Source: an uncultured Flavobacteriales bacterium (GTDB lineage: Bacteria > Bacteroidota > Bacteroidia > Flavobacteriales_F > PHOS-HE28). Taken from it: DNA of 64,000 bases. Every line of letters begins with the position of its first letter. The first letter of the stretch is position 1. Positions 44,898-54,924 of the stretch are shown in pieces. The position numbers and the translations under genes are program-made. The notes under the pieces are model-generated. The model ran no database searches and was not told the DNA's origin. It saw nothing but the letters and a program-made list of their open reading frames with translations. The stretch spans positions 306,880-370,879 of the forward strand of contig CAWFCK010000001.1 of the NCBI GenBank assembly GCA_963814325.1. The letters run 5' to 3'.

Positions 44898-45698
44898 ATG
44901 AAGAAGATCAACGACACCACCATCGCCCTGCTCATCGATGGCGACAACGCACAGCCGAAACGCATCGGCTCCATCATCGAGGAACTGAGCAAACAGGGCA
45001 CCATCACCATTCGCCGGATCTATGGCGATTGGACCACCACCGGCATGACCGGCTGGAAGGAGCTGCTCAATGCGAATGCCATTCAGCCTGTGCAGCAGTT
45101 CGCCTACACGAAGGGGAAGAACAGCACGGACAGTGCGCTGATCATCGATGCCATGGACATCCTGCACAGTGAGCGGGTGGATGCGTTCTGCATAGTGAGC
45201 AGCGACAGCGATTACACGCGGCTGGCCACGCGTCTGCGCGAAGGCGGCCTCTATGTGATCGGCATCGGCGAGAAGAAGACGCCCGTGGCCTTCGTGAAGG
45301 GCTGCGACCGGTTCATCTACGTGGAGAACCTGGACGTGACCGAGCCCGTGGTCGAACATGCCGCGGTAGCCATTGGCGGTTCGGGCGGCGGTTCGCGGGG
45401 TGGTGCCGGCGCAGGTCGACGGGGTGGAAAGTCGGCAGCCAAGGCGCCAGCCGCCTCGCTATCGCAGAATGCGGAACTGATGCGCAAAATGCGGAAGGCG
45501 TATGACAACGCCCGCGGTGAGGAGGATGAAGCTTCCCTGAGCCTGATCGGCCAGGCCTTGCGCCGATTGGACCCGGGGTTTGACCCGCGCAGCTATGGAC
45601 ACGCGTCCCTGTCGTCGCTGGTGCAGGCCTTGAAGGACAGGCTTGAAACGCGACGGGAGGAGAAGGGGAATATGGTGATGGTGCGCTTCCGCACCTGA
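44898..45698 (+). CDS. NYN (LabA-like) domain protein with C-terminal OST-HTH/LOTUS domain
   Basis: IALLIDGDNAQPK...IRRIYGDWT...NSTDSALIIDAMDIL...FCIVSSDSDYTRLATRLREGGLYVIGIG is the NYN part. A Gly/Arg linker follows, then SLIGQALRRLDPGFDPRSYGHASLSSLVQAL (OST-HTH). Confidence 0.85.
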   Translation: MKKINDTTIALLIDGDNAQPKRIGSIIEELSKQGTITIRRIYGDWTTTGMTGWKELLNANAIQPVQQFAYTKGKNSTDSALIIDAMDILHSERVDAFCIVSSDSDYTRLATRLREGGLYVIGIGEKKTPVAFVKGCDRFIYVENLDVTEPVVEHAAVAIGGSGGGSRGGAGAGRRGGKSAAKAPAASLSQNAELMRKMRKAYDNARGEEDEASLSLIGQALRRLDPGFDPRSYGHASLSSLVQALKDRLETRREEKGNMVMVRFRT

Positions 45699-45728
45699 GC
45701 CATCCGTGGTCCGCACCGATGTGCGAAC

Positions 45729-46220
45729 TCAGCTCTTCATGTTCTCGAACTGCAACGGGACCTCAAAGTCGGTCGTGCGGCACAGCTCCATCACGGCCTG
45801 CAGGTCGTCGAACTTCTTGCCGTTCACGCGGATCATCTCGTCCATGATCTGCGGTTGCACCTTCAGGCCGCTGTCCTTGATCGCCTTGACGATCTTCTTG
45901 GCCTTCTCGCGCTCGATCCCGTTCTGGATCTTGATGGTCTTGTACAGCAGCTTGCCGCTGGGCTGTGGTTCCTCCTTCAGGTCGTAGCTCTTCACGTCGA
46001 TCTTCTGCTTGGTGCTTCGCTCCAGCAGGATGTCAACGATGGAATCCAGTTTCAAGTGATCCTCCGTGCCCACCTTGATCACCAGGCCTTTCTTGTCGAA
46101 CTCGATCGTGCTGTTACTTCCGCGCAGGTCGTAGCGCGTCTCGATCTCGCGTTTGGCGGTGTTGATGGCGTTGTCCAGCGTTTGTGGATCAACCTTGGAA
46201 ATGATGTCGAAGGAGGCCAT
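45729..46220 (-). CDS. yajQ: YajQ-family (UPF0234) nucleotide / c-di-GMP-binding protein
   Basis: MASFDIISKVDPQTLDNAINTAKREIETRYDLRGSNSTIEFDKK...VQPQIMDEMIRVNGKKFDDLQAVM; intact, 163 aa. Confidence 0.9.
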   Translation of the reverse strand: MASFDIISKVDPQTLDNAINTAKREIETRYDLRGSNSTIEFDKKGLVIKVGTEDHLKLDSIVDILLERSTKQKIDVKSYDLKEEPQPSGKLLYKTIKIQNGIEREKAKKIVKAIKDSGLKVQPQIMDEMIRVNGKKFDDLQAVMELCRTTDFEVPLQFENMKS

Positions 46221-46339
46221 GGGGTGTTGCGTTCATGGGGTGCTTTGGAAAACACGGCATAAAGGAACGGCCGTTCTATCGGGGGCCAGACCAAGGGGCG
46301 GAGGAGAGCGGCGCTATGCACCAGCCTGCGGAAGGCAGC

Positions 46340-46504
46340 TCACTCGATCACTTCAGCCTTCGGGTAACGCTGCTTCCAGAAGGGGAAGGCCTTCATGCTC
46401 TTCAGCAGGACGGTGGTGCGTGGGTCCAAGCGGACCTTGATCTGCTTTACTCCGGGCTTCAGGGGCGGTTGACTAAGGATAAGGGTCTTCTTGCGGCTGC
46501 TCAT
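46340..46504 (-). CDS. Possible small ORF (54 aa), unknown function
   Basis: Not in the ORF track (shorter than 60 aa). My translation is MSSRKKTLILSQPPLKPGVKQIKVRLDPRTTVLLKSMKAFPFWKQRYPKAEVIE*. It has GC-rich third positions like neighbouring genes. No family was recognised. Confidence 0.3.
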   Translation of the reverse strand: MSSRKKTLILSQPPLKPGVKQIKVRLDPRTTVLLKSMKAFPFWKQRYPKAEVIE

Positions 46505-46685
46505 GTTCTTCTTCAATTCCGTTCACTCCGCCGATAAGGATAACCGTGCCGAAGGATAGGATGTCAGGACCGCTAATATGGTCATTTTTCGGCGAAAAAT
46601 GCTAATGTGCTGAACATCAGACGACATGTGAAGTTCTTCTTTCGGCCGGCCAACTCCGCATACTTCGGCCATTCTGTCGTGGATC

Positions 46686-47218
46686 CTACTTGTTGGGTTC
46701 GAACTCCAGGACGAGCGAATTCATGCAGAAGCGTTTGTGGGTGGGCGGGGGGCCATCGTCGAACAGGTGGCCCAGGTGACCATCGCAACGGCCGCAGCGG
46801 ACCTCCGTTCGCGCCATGCCATGCGACCGGTCCTCGAGGTAGGTCACCGCATTGGGGCGGACGCCTCGAAGAAGCTTGGCCATCCACAGGAGCTCGCGAA
46901 CTTGCCATCGCTCCGGAACAGGGCGTTGCCACAGCACGCGCATCGGTAAAGGCCGATCCCTTCGAAGTTCCAATACTTCCCGGTGAAGGCGTATTCCGTG
47001 CCCTGCTCGCGCGCGATGTGGTATACGCTGTCCGGCAACACCTTCTTCCATTCCGCATCGTTGACGTTCAGGTGCGCAGTGTCGGTCAGGGAGTAGTAGG
47101 GATTGCCTGGTCGTTGCATGGCTGCGGATGTTGGTGCGTTGGTGGGTGAAGCATGCTGGGCCTCGCAAGCCTGCAGGGCGACCAGCATCAACAGCGGGAT
47201 CAAAACCGTGGTGCGCAT
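46686..47218 (-). CDS. msrB: Peptide-methionine (R)-S-oxide reductase MsrB with lipoprotein-type signal (one -1 frameshift near 46860)
   Basis: [20 protein letters not shown]...[55 protein letters not shown] (46844..47290). It continues [48 protein letters not shown] (46686..47225). Confidence 0.85.
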
Positions 47219-47286
47219 GGTACAAAGGTCGCCGGTCAGCGCGTGTTCTTCGACAGCCGGACCGTGATGTTCCGTGGGTGATCCGT

Positions 47287-48574
47287 TCACATCAACAGGA
47301 ACGCGGTGATCGCGCCGGCCAGGATCACGGCGAAACCGATGCCCGCGTATCGGCGCACATGCGGCCCGCCGATCGTGATCACGATCAACGATTTCACCAC
47401 TGTGTTCGCCAAGCCGGCGAGCAGGATGCTTTTGGCCAGCACGGCTGGCTCGGCTTCCACGTTGCTCACACGCGCCAGGCTCAATGTGATGGCATCAATG
47501 TCCGTGAGACCGCCCAAGGCACTGGCCACATAGGGTCCCGCGTCACCGATGTGGTCCATGGCATAGGCCACCATCCACTGCACCGCCATGAACAGCAACC
47601 CGAACTGCACGGCCATCCAGAAGTTCAAGGGGTTCTTGATCAAGCTGGTGCCGGTCTCTTCCGCTGGTCGATCTGCGATGAAGCGCAACGGCCACCAGCA
47701 GGCCAATGGCTGCCATCGCGACCAACGGAATGATCAGCCGAGTGGCCAATGCGGCATTCACCACCCACACTTCCAATAGCATCCGAAGGAACATGATGGT
47801 GCAGGCGGCAATGATGCCGACGGCCGCCGTGCGACCGGCTGTCGCGTTCTGTGCATGCGCTTGACGCGAAAGACCGAGCGTGACCGCTGTGCTGGATACC
47901 AAGCCGCCTAGCGCCCCGGTCAGGATGATGCCCGCACGATGCCCGAGGAACTTGGTGAACAGGAACGCCACCAGGCTGATGCCGCTCACCAACACCACCA
48001 TGCTCCAGATATCCTTCAGGTTCCACACCAGATACGGGCCGAAATCGCGGTCGGGGAGGAAGGGCAGCACCACGGCCGAGATGATCACGAACTGGATGAA
48101 GGCCCGGATCTCCGCCTTCGTCAACCCGGCGATGAACCGATGCAACGGGAGCTTCAAGGAGAGCAACGCCGTGATGATCACCGTGACGATGATCGCCAGC
48201 AGTATGTGCCCGTCAAAGCACACGGCCCCGAGCAGGAAGGCCAGTATGCTCGAGAGCTCTGTGGTGCCGCCGTAGTCGCCCTTGTGTGCCGTCAGCGTGT
48301 AGGCGGTGATCAGCATCGCCGTGAAACCCAGCAGCGATGCGGCCATGATCCACACGCCGTAGTGATCGCTGAGGAAGGCGGACAGGAAACCGAACAGGGT
48401 GAAGAGCGTGTAGGTGCGGACTCCGGCGAATAGATGCTCGTCCTTCTCCACTACGCGCTTGGCGTATTCACGCTCCAACCCGATGAGGAAGCCGATGCCC
48501 ACGCTCACCATCAGCCGGACCAGGAGGTCTGTGGATGCGGAGGTGGAGAGGAGGTCGTCCATTGGTTCTGGCAA
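47287..48574 (-). CDS. MgtC/SapB-family plus DUF4010 membrane protein (one frameshift near 47690)
   Basis: [20 protein letters not shown]...[13 protein letters not shown] is the MgtC-like N-terminus. The C-terminal part is in ORF 47287..47706 ([18 protein letters not shown]...). Confidence 0.75.
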
Positions 48575-48645
48575 AGATGGCCTCAGCGGCCGGGCACGGA
48601 CCTGACGACCATCATGCTGAACCGATAGCGACGCATGGCGCTACC

Positions 48646-50389
48646 TCAGATCCGCGCCTGGTACGTATACAGCTCGTAGTAGCGGCCCTGCTTCGCGATC
48701 AGCTCGGCGTGGGTGCCGCGTTCGGCGATGCGGCCCTGTTCGATCACAAGGATCTGCGTAGCCTGGCGGATGGTGCTCAACCGGTGCGCGATCACAAAGG
48801 TGGTGCGGTCCTTCACCAGCTCGTTCAAGCTCTTCTGGATCAGCGATTCGCTCTCGGTGTCCAGGTTGCTCGTGGCCTCGTCGAGGATCAGGATCTTCGG
48901 GTCGGCCAGCATGGCCCGGGCAATGGCCACGCGCTGCCGCTGGCCTCCGCTCAGCTTCACACCGCGCTCGCCGATCACCGTGTCCAAGCCGAGCTCGAAG
49001 CGATCCGTGAATTCGTTGACGTAGGCGGCATTCACGGCCTTGCGCAATTGCTCCTCGCTTGCGTTCGGTCGGGGGAAGAGGATGTTCTCGCGGATCGTGC
49101 CCTCGAACAGGAAGTCGTCCTGCAGCACCACGCCGAGGTGTTGGCGATAGCTGGTCAGGCTCACTTTGCTGAGGTCGTTCCCGTCGAGTGGTGATCACGC
49201 CCGACTTCGGGGTGAGGAAGGTCGCGGCCAGTCCGGCGATGGTGCTCTTGCCGGAACCGCGAGGTGCCCACCAGCGCCGTTACGCTTCCCGCACGGTGCA
49301 TCGAAGGTGATGTTGTTCACCACCTCCTTGCCTTCCTCATAGGCGAATGACACGTCCTTGAACGCAATGTCGCCGCGGATGCTCGAGCAGCCGCATCGGA
49401 CGTTCATCCGGCACGTCCTCGGGCTTCATGTTCATGATCTCCTCCGTGCGGTCGAGCCCTGCGAAGGCCTCGGTGAGCTGGCTGCCGATGTTGCTCATCT
49501 GCACGATCGGCGCGATCATGAAGCCGAGGTACAAGGTGAAGGAAAGGAACTCGCCGCAAGGTCAGTTCACCATGGATGATCTGATAGCCCCCGATGCCCA
49601 TGATCCCCGCACTCGCCAGGCCCAGCAGCAAGGCCGAGGCACTGGTGATCACGCGCCGTTGAGGTCAGGCTCTGCTTCACGTTCTGGAACAGGCGCTCCA
49701 CGCCTTTCTCGAAGCTCTTGTTCTCCTGTTCCTCTGCATTGAATCCCTTGATCACGCGCACGCCGTTCAACGTTTCCGTCAGGCGTCCCGTCACCTCCGC
49801 ATTGATCACGCCCCGCGTGCGGAAGATCGGGCGGATCTTGCCGAAGGCCTTCATCGCGATGAGCGCGAAGATGCCCACAGGCACCAGCGTGCTCAGGGTC
49901 ATCAGCGGGCTGATCCGGATCAACAGCACGAGCGAGGCGATGGCCGTGAGCGTGCCGCCGACCAGCTGCACCAGGCCCGTGCCCACCAGGTTCCGCACAC
50001 CTTCCACATCGCTCATGATCCGGCTCACCAACGCGCCGCTCTTCGTGTTGTCGAAGAAGGATACGGGCAGCGAGAGGATCTTGCGTTGCACCTGTGCCCG
50101 CAGTTTGCTGATGAGCAACTGCGCTTCCACGCTGAGCAGCTTCGTGAGGTAGAAGGACGTGACGCTCTGCACCACGATGGAGCCCACCACCATCGCCAAC
50201 AAGGTCCAAAGCATGTCCAGGTCCTTGCTTGGTACTACATCGTCCAGCAGCAACTTGGTCTGCCACGGCAGCACCAGGCTGGCGCCGCGGCTGATGGCGA
50301 TCAGCAGCAAGGCCGATCAACACATGCTCCCGGCGAGGCCAGATGAACTGCCTGAAGGCCTTGCCCCAGGTCATGTTGGTGGTGGTCAT
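48646..50389 (-). CDS. MsbA-like ABC exporter (fused permease + ATPase), at least 5 frameshifts
   Basis: The N-terminus MTTTNMTWGKAFRQFIWPRREHVLIGL has its ATG at 50389. The TMD is in 49567..50310 (FFDNTKSGALVSRIMSDVEGVRNL...). Further pieces lie in 49404..49652, 49337..49534 and 49195..49407 (IAFKDVSFAYEEGKEVVNNITFD). The NBD is in 48646..49164 (LSGGQRQRVAIARAMLADPKILILDEATSNLD...AHRLSTI). Confidence 0.85.
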
Positions 50390-50618
50390 TGAGGTGGTAG
50401 AGGGGGCTGCGTGAAGTGCGGCGGCACGGCTGCGAAGCGGACGCTCAGCGCGTGAGATGCGGGAGGACTTGATGATCAAATGTGCCGCGAAGGTAGAGGT
50501 GCTCGACAGGGTGGGACGTTCAACTGCCTTAACCGGGAACCGGCTCTTGCGGGGGATGAACGGTTTTCTGCGGACCTTGCGCCCTCGTCCATGCACTCAC
50601 TGCTGCGGCGAAGCGAGC

Positions 50619-51363
50619 ATGCGGATGCGTATCAACAAGCTGCTGGACACAGCGAAGATCCCGAACAACGGCGGAGAGCTGCGCCTTTACCAGCGCGGCG
50701 ACGACTTCAGCATTGAGGTCGTCGGCATCGCGGGAAGATCTGATGTCCACGGCCATCCACGGCTCGGAGGATGCGTTGGCCGAACTCGCGATCAAACGTC
50801 TGAAACAGCCCGAAACCGCGCGTGTGCTCGTCGGTGGCCTGGGGATGGGCTTTACGCTTGCCGCTGCGCTGAAGCACGTTGGACCCAAAGGTGAAGTGGT
50901 GGTGGCTGAACTTGTTCCGGAGGTGGTGCGTTGGAACCGCGGCCCGCTCGGTGCGCGCGCCGGTCAATCCATGCTCGACCCGCGTGCCAGCGTCCGGGAG
51001 ATGGATGTGGCGAAGGTGATCACGGACGAGAAGGGCGGCTTCGATGCCATCCTGCTCGATACCGACAATGGGCCCGAAGGACTGACACAGGCCGCCAACA
51101 GCAGGCTTTATTCGCATCGCGGATTGAAGGCGGCATGGGATGCACTGCGGCCCAACGGCATCCTCGCCGTGTGGTCCACGCATCCGGACGCGCCCTTTAC
51201 CAAGCGCTTGGGCATGGCCGGGTTCCGCATAGAGGAGATCCCGGTGCACGCCCATGGCACCAAGGGCACGCGGCATCACTTGTGGTTCGCGAAGCGCGGA
51301 GGTGATGGAACCGGAGCGGTCACAAGTCGCGATCGGAGATCCGGTGGCCGATCATCGCGCTAA
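50619..51363 (+). CDS. Spermidine-synthase-like / class I methyltransferase-fold protein (one frameshift near 50730)
   Basis: MRMRINKLLDTAKIPNNGGELRLYQRGDDFSI (50457..50894). It continues LMSTAIHGSEDALAELA...RVLVGGLGMGFTLAAAL...FDAILLDTDNGPEGL...NGILAVWS (50713..51363). Confidence 0.65.
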
Positions 51364-51393
51364 CTGGGTACCTTGCGAGGAAAGTCTGATGCT

Positions 51394-52234
51394 ATGAATG
51401 AAATGAACGCACGGTTCCACGCTCTTTTTACCGTTTGCGCGATGGCGTTGGGAGCGTGCATACAAGCGCAACCGATCAACGTGGGTGATCGTGATAGTGC
51501 GGCCTTTGTTTGTGCGGATACGTTGATTCCAAGGCACCAGCATATCAGCGGGCGCAGTGGATGATCTACAGAGCAACTTCGGATGTTTGTTCAGTGGTGA
51601 ACGTGCAGGTGCCTGGGTCCGGTTCTCCATGGCCACTGGAGGTCTGCTCGGTTTCACTATAACGCCCGACTTCAGCACCACGGACCTTGACCTCGCGCTG
51701 TGGGGCCCGGCGAGCTCATACGTTTGTCCACCTCAGGCTGATCCAGTACGCTGCTCGTTCGCATCCAGGATCTCCCAGCCTTCGAGCAGCATTGGATTGA
51801 TGGCGAGTGCTACGGACACATCCGAGGTTGCTGGTGGCGATGGCATGTTGGCGTTGCTACCGGTGAACGCGGGTGATGTTTATACGCTCTTCATTGACGA
51901 CTTCTCCATGTCCGGCGGTGGTATCGCGATCAATTGGCTGCTGCTTCAAGGGGCCTCCTTGTCCTGCACACAGCCCGTAAGCACGGCCCTTCCGGAAAAT
52001 AGCACCACGAATAACGCTCGGGTACTCGTCATGCACGATGTGATCGAGGTCTCCGGTCCGCAGGGCCTTATTAGGGCATCACTGATCGACGCTCTGGGGC
52101 GCGAGCTGGTCACTCGGATCGGCCATGGGCAGGTCACGCTTCCCACCAACGCGCTGGCGCCCGGACGCTATTCCGTATTGATCAAGCAGCCGACCGGTGA
52201 GGTCGATCGGCGTGTCGGCGTGGTGATCATGTGA
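51394..52234 (+). CDS. Secreted protein with probable T9SS C-terminal domain (one frameshift near 51545)
   Basis: Signal-like MNEMNARFHALFTVCAMALGACIQAQ. The body is in ORF 51557..52234. The C-terminus VIEVSGPQGLIRASLIDALGRELVTRIGHGQVTLPTNALAPGRYSVLIKQ...VVIM is sorting-domain-like, although it lacks the PNP motif. Confidence 0.6.
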
Positions 52235-52367
52235 TCACCAACTTTCTGATCAGTTGAACTTGACCGGAGATCCGGTGACCGACCAAGGCGTTGACCGCAT
52301 TCATAGCGCAGGTTGCCTTTGAGCACGTCGTTGCGCTCAGCACATTAGCACCGAATGCTCGGTCCAA

Positions 52368-52804
52368 CTACTTCGGCAGCGGACTGCCAACGGCCACATT
52401 ACAGTCGTGACCCGGCTGGCCATGCGGTGGGTTCATTCCCGGGGCAGTGGTCGTAGGCATCTGTGATGTGTTCATGGTGACCGGCGGCCCTGCTGGCGCG
52501 GGCGCAGGTGTGGCCCCCGCCGGTGGCGCGCTCGACAGCGAGGCCCCAACGGGGATCTCGCACCGATGACCAGGCGCACCATGGGCCGGGTTGGGTATCC
52601 GCGATCGCGGCCGTTACCGCGGGATGTTTGCGAAGGCACCTCAACCGCAGCGGAAGGCGGTATCGCGGCCGGAGCAGGAGGCGTGCTGGAAGTCGTTCCA
52701 CCCACTGCGTCATCGGTCTTCTGGGCGCTGTCCTGTTCCGCACAGGCGGCAAGCAGCATGATAAGGGCGAAAGGGAAAAGGCCGGAATATGCGCGCATGT
52801 TCAT
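52368..52804 (-). CDS. Small lipoprotein with two C-terminal NPxHGxPGHxC(D/E)xxVG motifs (frameshifted near 52610)
   Basis: MNMRAYSGLFPFALIMLLAACAEQD carries a lipobox (ORF 52472..52873). An unlisted third frame then reads continuously: ...NPAHGAPGHRCEIPVGASLSSAPPAGATPAPAPAGPPVTMNTSQMPTTTAPGMNPPHGQPGHDCNVAVGSPLPK* (stop at 52368..52370). Confidence 0.5.
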
Positions 52805-52874
52805 GAGTAATGGTGATCCCGACTCTTCTTGCAAGCAGGGTAGCTCAAAGATAGGTCCCGCTGGGCTGCGCACC

Positions 52875-53129
52875 TCAATGCTTGAAGTGCACGAACAACC
52901 GCCCGAAGTTATCCCGGTCCTTGTCGATGCGGTGATACATCTTCTTGATGTGCGGCTGCTGAAGGAAGCGGATCACCTTCTTCTTCAACTGCCCGCTGCC
53001 CTTGCCGGGAATGATCTCCACCATGGGGATGCGCTTGTCCACGGCCTCGTCCATGATGTCGTTCAACGCACGGTCGATGTCCTTCCCCTTGTTGAAGATG
53101 TCGTGGAGGTCGAGCTTGAGTTTGGACAT
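52875..53129 (-). CDS. Smr-domain protein (small MutS-related)
   Basis: MSKLKLDLHDIFNKGKDIDRALNDIMDEAVDKRIPMVEIIPGKGSGQLKKKVIRFLQ; intact, 84 aa. Confidence 0.7.
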   Translation of the reverse strand: MSKLKLDLHDIFNKGKDIDRALNDIMDEAVDKRIPMVEIIPGKGSGQLKKKVIRFLQQPHIKKMYHRIDKDRDNFGRLFVHFKH

Positions 53130-53135
53130 GGTCTA

Positions 53136-53571
53136 TCAGTATTGTCTGTTGCATACGTTTGATCTCGAAAATAACTTCGCGGCTTTTGGGGGTGTTGCCG
53201 ATCTCGATATAGCCGGCTTGGCGGTAGAATCAGCCGCACGCGTTTCCGGTGTCGGTGCTGAGGCTGAGTTGGTCGCAGCGCCGGAAATAGTGCGCGAGCA
53301 TTTGGTCGTGCAAGGCCCTCCCGAACCCCTTACCCTCATGTTCGGGCGCCACGAACAGTGCCCACAGGTTCCGCATCTCCACATCCACCATCACGAAGGC
53401 GGTGATCTCACCATGTAGTTCATGCACCCAGCTCATCGTATCGCGCGCCATGAAGTCGTGGTAATCCTGTTCCGTAATCAAGGAAGGATCGCTCAGTTGG
53501 TTCTCGCGCACACGCGATCGGATCACGTGCATCGCAGCGACATCCGATGGTAGTGCCGGGCGGATGGTCAT
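53136..53571 (-). CDS. GNAT-family N-acetyltransferase (C-terminus frameshifted; end approximate)
   Basis: MTIRPALPSDVAAMHVIRSRVRENQL...VMVDVEMRNLWALFVAPEHEGKGFGRALHDQML (ORF 53230..53613). After the frameshift the protein continues as FYRQAGYIEIGNTPKSREVIFEIKR. Confidence 0.7.
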
Positions 53572-53951
53572 TGGGCGGAGCTGAAATACCCTTGGTACCA
53601 CTCCTTCTCCCAATGGTCCAAAGCGGTTCCCTCGGTGCGCGTGCCATCCAGCAGATCGCGCAGCAACTGCAATGAGCGATCATCCCGCTGCGAGATCACC
53701 GGTATGCCCGCGCGGATCAGTGCTGCCGCAGCCACTCCAGGGCCTTGCTGATAAACCTTGTGCTCCGCGAAGCGTGATCCGAGATAGGTCACCGTGCTTC
53801 CACAGGCCCCGCTCATGTCCATCAGGATCGCAACATCCACCTTCTCACGCAAGGCCCTCTCCCGCATCTCGTAAGCGGCCTTCACCATGCCTTCGGTCAA
53901 ATCAGTGCCATCCTCGGCAAGTGAGCGCGCTTTGTAATACACCGACTTCAT
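53568..53951 (-). CDS. DUF523-like (TudS-type) protein, apparently lacking its N-terminal ~40 aa
   Basis: VDVAILMDMSGACGSTVTYLGSRFAEHKVYQQGPGVAAAALIRAGIPVISQRD resembles the DUF523 C-terminal half (AILK..SPSCG...Y.G.F....G.GVTAALL...GI.V.S). The Cys-rich N-terminal part is absent, and nothing homologous is visible upstream in any frame. Confidence 0.45.
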   Translation of the reverse strand: MKSVYYKARSLAEDGTDLTEGMVKAAYEMRERALREKVDVAILMDMSGACGSTVTYLGSRFAEHKVYQQGPGVAAAALIRAGIPVISQRDDRSLQLLRDLLDGTRTEGTALDHWEKEWYQGYFSSAQ

Positions 53952-54860
53952 GGAAGCCGCCGCAAAGCAGGTGAAGGAACTCCGGCCCGAAGGTTGACGT
54001 CCTCATCGCGATCACCCACCTGGCCTATGAAGACGACATCAAGATCGCCAAGGCTTTCCCGGAGATCGACATGATTATCGGCGGCCATGAGCATGAGATG
54101 CACCGCATCGAAATCGCAAGCCTGCCCGGCATCTACAAGGCCGACGCCAACGCGCGCTCGGTGTTCGTTCATGAGTTCGGCTTCGATCCCATCACCCGCA
54201 AACTCCAGAAAAAGTCAACTCTAAGAAGGCTCTCGGCGGATGTCCCTGAGGATCCAACCGTGAAGGCAGATGTTTGATCGGTCAAGATCGCGACGACTGG
54301 CTTCCAAGCCACCAGGCTTCAGCCCGAAGCGAAGGTCGCCACCGTTCCGATTGCTTTGGACGGCAGCGAGGCGAGCGTCCGCAACAAGCCGACGGAACTC
54401 GCCAAGATCATTGCCGATGGCATGCTCGCCGCGGCTCCGGGAAGCGAGATCGCGATCTACAACGGAGGCTCGATCCGAATCGACGACACGATCCAGCCGG
54501 GCGAACTGACCGAATACGACGTCATCCGCATCCTGCCGTTCGGCGGCAAGATCGTGTCGATCAAAGTCAAAGGCGAGTTTCTCAAACGGATTCTTGCTCA
54601 GGGAATCGCGAACAAGGGCCAGGGCGGCTACCTCCAGACCGCAGGGATCACCTACAACCTCGACCAGCCCCTGCACAAGGGCGCGCCAATCGAGGGCGGC
54701 CGGGACTACATCATCGCGATCAGCGACTTCCTGGACCGGCAACGAGGAGAATTGGGATGGCTTAAGAAGGACGGCAATGCTCGATACCACCGCCCTTCAG
54801 GTGCACGAGGACATCCGAAACACCACGATTGCCGAACTGAAGCGCAGGTTTGGAAGCTAG
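53950..54860 (+). pseudogene. 5'-truncated and frameshifted 5'-nucleotidase / metallophosphoesterase (UshA-like) remnant
   Basis: It begins mid-domain: ...AAKQVKELRPEG|VDVLIAITHLAYEDDIKIAKAFPEIDMIIGGHEHEMH (the C-terminal His motif of the calcineurin-like fold). The 5'-nucleotidase C-terminal domain pieces follow (IALDGSEASVRNKPTELAKIIADGML...IAIYNGGSIRIDD...YDVIRILPFGGKIV). The first ~180 aa (DxH, GDxxDR and GNHE motifs) have no room upstream. Confidence 0.7.
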
Positions 54861-54924
54861 CTTCAACGCGAATGATCGTGCCCAATAGTTGGGATTTTCC
54901 CAAGTGATAATGTACTATAGAGGC

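Noticed and set aside
53900-54000. Mobile element, integrase or tRNA at the compositional junction
   Set aside because: No transposase, integrase, tRNA-like sequence or terminal inverted repeats could be seen within several kb on either side. The junction is therefore reported only as a breakpoint or possible chimera.
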